Under the pieces are notes generated by a model. The model was not told where the DNA came from, searched no databases, and saw only the letters and a program-made list of their open reading frames with translations. A DNA stretch of 64,000 bases from Alphaproteobacteria bacterium (lineage in GTDB: Bacteria > Pseudomonadota > Alphaproteobacteria > GCA-2731375): NCBI GenBank assembly GCA_965232515.1, contig CBDDPY010000002.1:6711573-6775572 (forward strand), given 5' to 3'. Both the position numbers and the translations under genes were made by a program. Below, in pieces: positions 61,944 to 64,000 of the stretch (its first letter is position 1; every line of letters begins with the position of its first letter).

Positions 61944-62055
61944 CGCACTTTTTTCATTCGCAAATGCCCGGTCGGCTATTTGGCCCCTTGGGCCTATGAA
62001 CCATGCTGTAGGGCACGGAGTATGATTATTGTTCATCAGTGCATTTAGTGCACTG

Positions 62056-62529
62056 TCACCGGAATGTGTTCTTAGTGATGATAAAGAACACCGATATTCC
62101 ACCAATCATTTCTTCAACGCTTCCGGTCACATCGTAGTCAGGCATCATCTGTGCCTTCGCAGCTTGAATTGCGTCCTCAAGCGCCGCGTCTGTAAGAAAT
62201 GTGGACCTTGGGTAGCGATATCCGACCGTAACCTGAATAAAGTCCGGCGTCTGTTCGTTTTCGCTATAGATCGGCCTTACCACTAGGAGGTCACCATCAG
62301 GCGTGTTCATTGCCATCCCCAAGCCGGTTTCCGGTGTCCCCATGGGCGTCGCCGCGCCTGCTGCAACAGCCTGATGCAGGTTCGCTATCCACTCGTCCTT
62401 AGTCATGGCGAACATCGCTCGCGCATCGTCCTTGGACAAAATCTCGATTGTCGGCGTTGCCTCCTGTGCCACGACCGTGACCGGGAGCAATAGCAACATG
62501 AGCGTACCGATTCGCCTAATCACTTCCAC
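62056..62529 (-). CDS. Secreted hypothetical protein in low-GC islet
   Basis: Signal peptide LMLLLLPVTVVAQEA. No known motif. Confidence 0.4.
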   Translation of the reverse strand: MEVIRRIGTLMLLLLPVTVVAQEATPTIEILSKDDARAMFAMTKDEWIANLHQAVAAGAATPMGTPETGLGMAMNTPDGDLLVVRPIYSENEQTPDFIQVTVGYRYPRSTFLTDAALEDAIQAAKAQMMPDYDVTGSVEEMIGGISVFFIITKNTFR

Positions 62530-62802
62530 ATGGCGCCTTCTGCTTGAGGTTCTCGGAAGGGGCTGGGCTGATCCGAATTCGCTTAATGGCCATCAGCATT
62601 GGACGTTGCCTCATTACAGTCCGCGACAGTGTAACAGAGAGTAGGCGGTGATGAGCGGTTCGATGAGGGCAAGATAAATTAGTAAGCATCATGGGACGCT
62701 AAGTTTTTGCCCAAACGTAGTTTTTTGTATTGCGGCGAAAGAATTACGGTGATTGTGCATTTGTTCTTTCGGAAAGTATGCGAAAAATCACCCGGTCGGT
62801 TA

Positions 62803-62816
62803 GATTACGGTGACAG
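62803..62816 (+). repeat. 14-bp direct repeat GATTACGGTGACAG (copy 2)
   Basis: Identical to 61930-61943. Together they bracket roughly 870 bp containing the 62056..62529 ORF. Confidence 0.4.
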
Positions 62817-62929
62817 TTTACGGATTGCGACGACAGTCTATTAAGTCACCCTCTGATTTGTGCCGACGGTTGACGGTTCGTGACGCAAGCGCGGCCGACC
62901 ACGGCGCGTGACGGTGCGGGTAGCGTGAG

Positions 62930-63787
62930 ATGCCGCGAATTGTGATTGCGACGACGGACGATCATCTTGCGCTCGACCGGTCCGACGCCCTGTTCCGTGA
63001 CGCGCTTGTGCGACTGGGCGCCGATGTGCACGTGGCGTCATGGCGCGGGGCGGGCATGTGGACGGCGGTCGGGGCCGGCGATGCGCTGGTCGTGCGGTCG
63101 GTCTGGGATTATCCCGAACATCCCGCCGCGTTCGCGGACTGGCTCGAACGGCTGTCGCGGCTCGACAAGCCAGTTATGAACCCGCCCGCGTTGATGCGCT
63201 GGAACGCGGACAAGACGTATCTGCTCGACCTCGGCCGGCGCGGGGTGCCGACGCCGCGAACCGCCGCCGTCCGCTCGGCCGACGAGCTCGCCGCCGCGTT
63301 CGCGGCGATCCAGGACGACACGGGCGTGATCAAGCCCTGCGTGGGCGGGAGCGGCCGGGATGTAGAGAAGGTCGATCTCGCCGGCGCCCAGGCTTACCTG
63401 AACCGGAACGCAGCCGACGGACGCCGGTTTCTCCTGCAGGAGATGCTGCCCGAGATCGCGGCGGGCGAACTGTCTTTCGTCTTCATCGGCGGCAGGCACA
63501 CGCATACGGTCCGCTCGCGCCCGGCCAGCGGCGACTTCCGCGTGAACAGTCAGTACGGGCCGTCCGATATCGCCTTGTTCCACGCGCCGACGGATCTGGT
63601 GGCGCAGGCCGCGGTGGTGGTGTCCCTGCTGCCGAGCCCGCCGACCTATGCGCGGATCGACGGCGTTGTCCGCGACGGCCGGTTCATCTGCCTCGAAGCC
63701 GAGGTCATTGACCCAACGCTGTTCCTGCATCTGCACCCGCCGGCTGCCGAACGTCTGGCCGAGGCGGTCCTGGCCGAGGTCGCATAG
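62930..63787 (+). CDS. ATP-grasp domain protein (RimK/glutathione synthetase-like)
   Basis: VRSVWDY...KPVMNPPALMRWNADKTYLLDL...IKPCVGGSGRDV...LLQEMLPEIAAGELSFVFIGG. Confidence 0.7.
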   Translation: MPRIVIATTDDHLALDRSDALFRDALVRLGADVHVASWRGAGMWTAVGAGDALVVRSVWDYPEHPAAFADWLERLSRLDKPVMNPPALMRWNADKTYLLDLGRRGVPTPRTAAVRSADELAAAFAAIQDDTGVIKPCVGGSGRDVEKVDLAGAQAYLNRNAADGRRFLLQEMLPEIAAGELSFVFIGGRHTHTVRSRPASGDFRVNSQYGPSDIALFHAPTDLVAQAAVVVSLLPSPPTYARIDGVVRDGRFICLEAEVIDPTLFLHLHPPAAERLAEAVLAEVA

Positions 63788-63807
63788 CCGGTTGCGTGTG
63801 TGCGCCT

Positions 63808-64000
63808 CAGTACTCCGCGTAGATCTCGATGACGTTGTCCTCGGGATCGCGGAAGAAGAGGGTGCGGTGGCGCCAGGCGGGGAGGTCGGTTGGCGGCCGG
63901 GCGATGGTGACGCCTTTCGCGACGAGTTCGTCGTGGCAGGCGTCGACGGCGGGGGGCGGCACGCGGAAGGCGAGCTGGACCGCGGCCGAGCCGGGTGTGG
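63808..64000 (-). CDS. Partial CDS (C-terminal part): VOC/glyoxalase-family protein
   Basis: The minus-strand translation ends ...WRHRTLFFRDPEDNVIEIYAEY*. The FRDP(D/E)xN motif is typical of the C-termini of VOC/glyoxalase/bleomycin-resistance proteins. Confidence 0.45.

Overview
High-GC (about 65-68%) alphaproteobacterial chromosomal segment. It carries a CIRCE-controlled groESL, a Usg-family gene, a DUF1194 gene and a small PAS-like gene. Every feature is supported by reading the sequence and by motif recall; no database search was possible.

Gene order:
- 1-3 kb: three polysaccharide/LPS-type genes (methyltransferase, epimerase, WbuC cupin).
- 3-4.4 kb: mnmA and a tRNA-Met(CAT).
- 4.5-10.4 kb: an unusual secreted cluster. 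It holds a small dihaem c-type cytochrome, a nine-haem cytochrome c fused to a roughly 500-aa TPR tail, a membrane-anchored protein of five tandem beta-rich repeats, and a lysine-rich PEP-CTERM protein.
- 10.4-12.4 kb: a single-domain response regulator and a large XRE/RamB-like regulator, next to those genes and separated by an AT-rich intergenic tract from the ABC operon.
- 12.6-17.8 kb: a five-gene HAAT/Liv-type ABC uptake operon.
- 17.8-22 kb: a redox block of aminotransferase, AhpD-like protein, SDR, and a Bcp-type peroxiredoxin. The Bcp reading frame carries an in-frame TGA exactly at the peroxidatic cysteine, with a downstream hairpin. This is a candidate selenoprotein.
- 22-44 kb: a cyclic-amide/hydantoin catabolism neighbourhood. 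It contains N-methylhydantoinase hyuA/hyuB, a dihydropyrimidinase/D-hydantoinase, two isochorismatase-family (N-carbamoyl-amidase-like) paralogs, a PuuE-like deacetylase with a CobW GTPase, a TauD dioxygenase, a flavin monooxygenase and a PotABCD-type transporter. Interleaved are a 938-aa flotillin (SPFH) protein with an expanded coiled-coil repeat array and two paralogous small membrane proteins.
- 44-51 kb: housekeeping and stress genes (Na+/H+ antiporter, ECF sigma and anti-sigma pair, MFS transporter).
- 52-54 kb: groESL.
- 54-61 kb: PhoD phosphatase and a BMP/nucleoside-type ABC operon.
- 61.2-62.9 kb: a low-GC islet with two secreted hypothetical proteins, containing two copies of a 14-bp direct repeat (a third partial copy downstream).
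- 62.9-64 kb: an ATP-grasp gene and a partial VOC gene.

No CRISPR arrays, rRNA, IS elements or integrases were seen.
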